Of a stretch of DNA of 32,000 bases, positions 31,104 to 32,000 are shown one piece after another. This stretch comes from Candidatus Kuenenia stuttgartensis (GTDB lineage Bacteria; Planctomycetota; Brocadiia; Brocadiales; Brocadiaceae). Each line of letters starts with the position of its first letter. Positions within the stretch are counted from its first letter, which is position 1. The position numbers were made by a program, and so were the translations under genes. Location: NCBI RefSeq assembly GCF_900232105.1, contig NZ_LT934425.1, positions 2,490,001-2,522,000 of the forward strand, read 5' to 3'. The notes below the pieces were generated by a model. That model searched no databases. It was given only the letters and a program-made list of their open reading frames with translations, and was not told the origin of the DNA.

Positions 31104-32000
31104 GTGTATAAAATTTATGTATTGTATGACAAGGTGAGAATGTTGCATTTTTTTGAGAGAGGCGTACAAGCGCTGCAAATCCAATGGAGGAAGCGCCGGG
31201 GCAGACGGGATTACATTTGAAGATGTGGAGTCATACGGGGTGGAGAAGTTTCTTGGAGAGATAATAGAGGAACTTGAAAACAAAACCTACGAACCACAGC
31301 CGGTACTGAGAGTGTACATACCTAAAACCAACGGTAAGACACGACCATTGGGAATCCCTGTGATAAAAGACAGGGTAGTGCAGATGAGTGTAAAGCTTGT
31401 AATAGAGCCGATATTCGAAGCAGACTTTGAAGATAGCTCCTACGGATTCCGACCGGGACGTTCAGCGGGCGATGCTGTGAGGAAAATCAAAAGAAAGACT
31501 GCGAGAAGGGAAAACAGAGGTATTTGACGCAGACCTTAGTTCTTATTTTGACACAATACCGCACAAGGAATTGTTACTGTTAATAGGGATGAGGATAAGC
31601 GACAAGAACGTACTGCACTTGATAAAAATGTGGTTAAAAGCACCGGTGGTAGAGGAAGGCAAACCAGGTGGCTGGAGGAAAAATAAGATAGGAACACCGC
31701 AGGGAAGCGTAATATCACCATTATTAGCAAACATATATCTGCACATGCTCGATAAAGCAGTCAATAGAGAGAATGGGGTTTTCTATAAGTATGGGATAAC
31801 AAATCATACGTTATGCGGATGATTGGGTACTGATGGCAAAGCGAATACCTCGTGAAGCATTAGACTATCTCAATAGGAAACACAAGAAATACTGGAACAT
31901 AGAACCAAGCAAGAAATCACAAAAGAAGGTTAGGGAAAAGATAGGAAACTACCTCAAGGGCAATGGGCATAAAGCGGCGGAAAAAGTAGCTAATGAATTG
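31104..32000 (+). pseudogene. Group II intron-type reverse transcriptase/maturase, frameshifted and internally deleted; runs off the window
   Basis: ..LYDKVRML.. / LREAYKRCKSNGGSAGADGITFEDVE..TYEPQPVLRVYIPKTNGKTRPLGIPVIKDRVVQ..SYGFRPGRSAGDAV / [40 protein letters not shown] / [13 protein letters not shown] are RT blocks 0-5 of group II IEPs. They are spread over three frames, with shifts at the T-run ~31149, the A-run ~31488 and the A-run ~31800. RT6/7 sequence is missing after YADD. Confidence 0.8.

Noticed and set aside
30528-31104. Possible group II intron 5' end at GTGTGA (30528), ~576 nt upstream of the RT start, which is the right distance for domains I-IVa
   Set aside because: The segment is better explained as a MITE-like element with its own terminal IRs and target duplication (30499..30993). 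I could not recognise domain I-III features. It is kept as something an Rfam/Infernal scan should formally exclude.
30457-31283. ORFs 30457..30651 -, 30526..30777 +, 30670..31077 - and 30996..31283 -
   Set aside because: They traverse the MITE-like element and its G/C palindromes, giving PPLAG / RWRGIKG-type peptides typical of translated repeats. They also traverse the upstream region of the RT pseudogene. They have no coding character.
1-32000. tRNA, rRNA, tmRNA or riboswitch-like elements
   Set aside because: I recognised no cloverleaf-like or conserved rRNA sequence by eye. The only structured-RNA signature I can support is the group II intron domain V-like hairpin at 27054..27087.

Overview
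This is a low-G+C bacterial accessory-type locus; the organism cannot be assigned from the sequence alone. The backbone is one long + strand glycan / ulosonic-acid biosynthesis operon. It begins with a split transketolase (10..1778) and a B12-binding radical SAM enzyme (1787..3247). It resumes at 10500..26346 with a KdsC-like phosphatase, a NeuB-like synthase, two Gfo/Idh/MocA oxidoreductases, a DegT-type aminotransferase, a NeuA-type cytidylyltransferase, a TIM-barrel isomerase/epimerase, an SDR, three class-I methyltransferases and five glycosyltransferase-like genes, the last convergent on the - strand. Between the rSAM gene and the phosphatase gene lies a ~7.2-kb mosaic (3248..10499), all co-oriented with the operon. 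The mosaic holds three extra diverged copies of the rSAM 3' end plus a mid-gene fragment. It also holds AbrB/PIN, MazEF-like, TumE-like and MNT/HEPN toxin-antitoxin modules in various states of decay, and a ~1.9-kb segmental duplication. RayT(COG1943)-like mini-elements, REP-like hairpins and a 1.7-kb G+C-richer insertion encoding an unclassified 518-aa protein complete it. Downstream (26347..32000) is a second junkyard. It contains a RayT remnant, an orphan group II intron domain V, two copies of a vapB-like antitoxin with a gutted vapC, and a PIN gene split by an IS1380-family element (16-bp IRs, TATTA duplication). It ends with a 495-bp MITE-like element and a frameshifted group II intron reverse transcriptase that runs off the window. 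I saw no rRNA, tRNA or CRISPR array. All family assignments are by-eye motif recognition and no searches were run.
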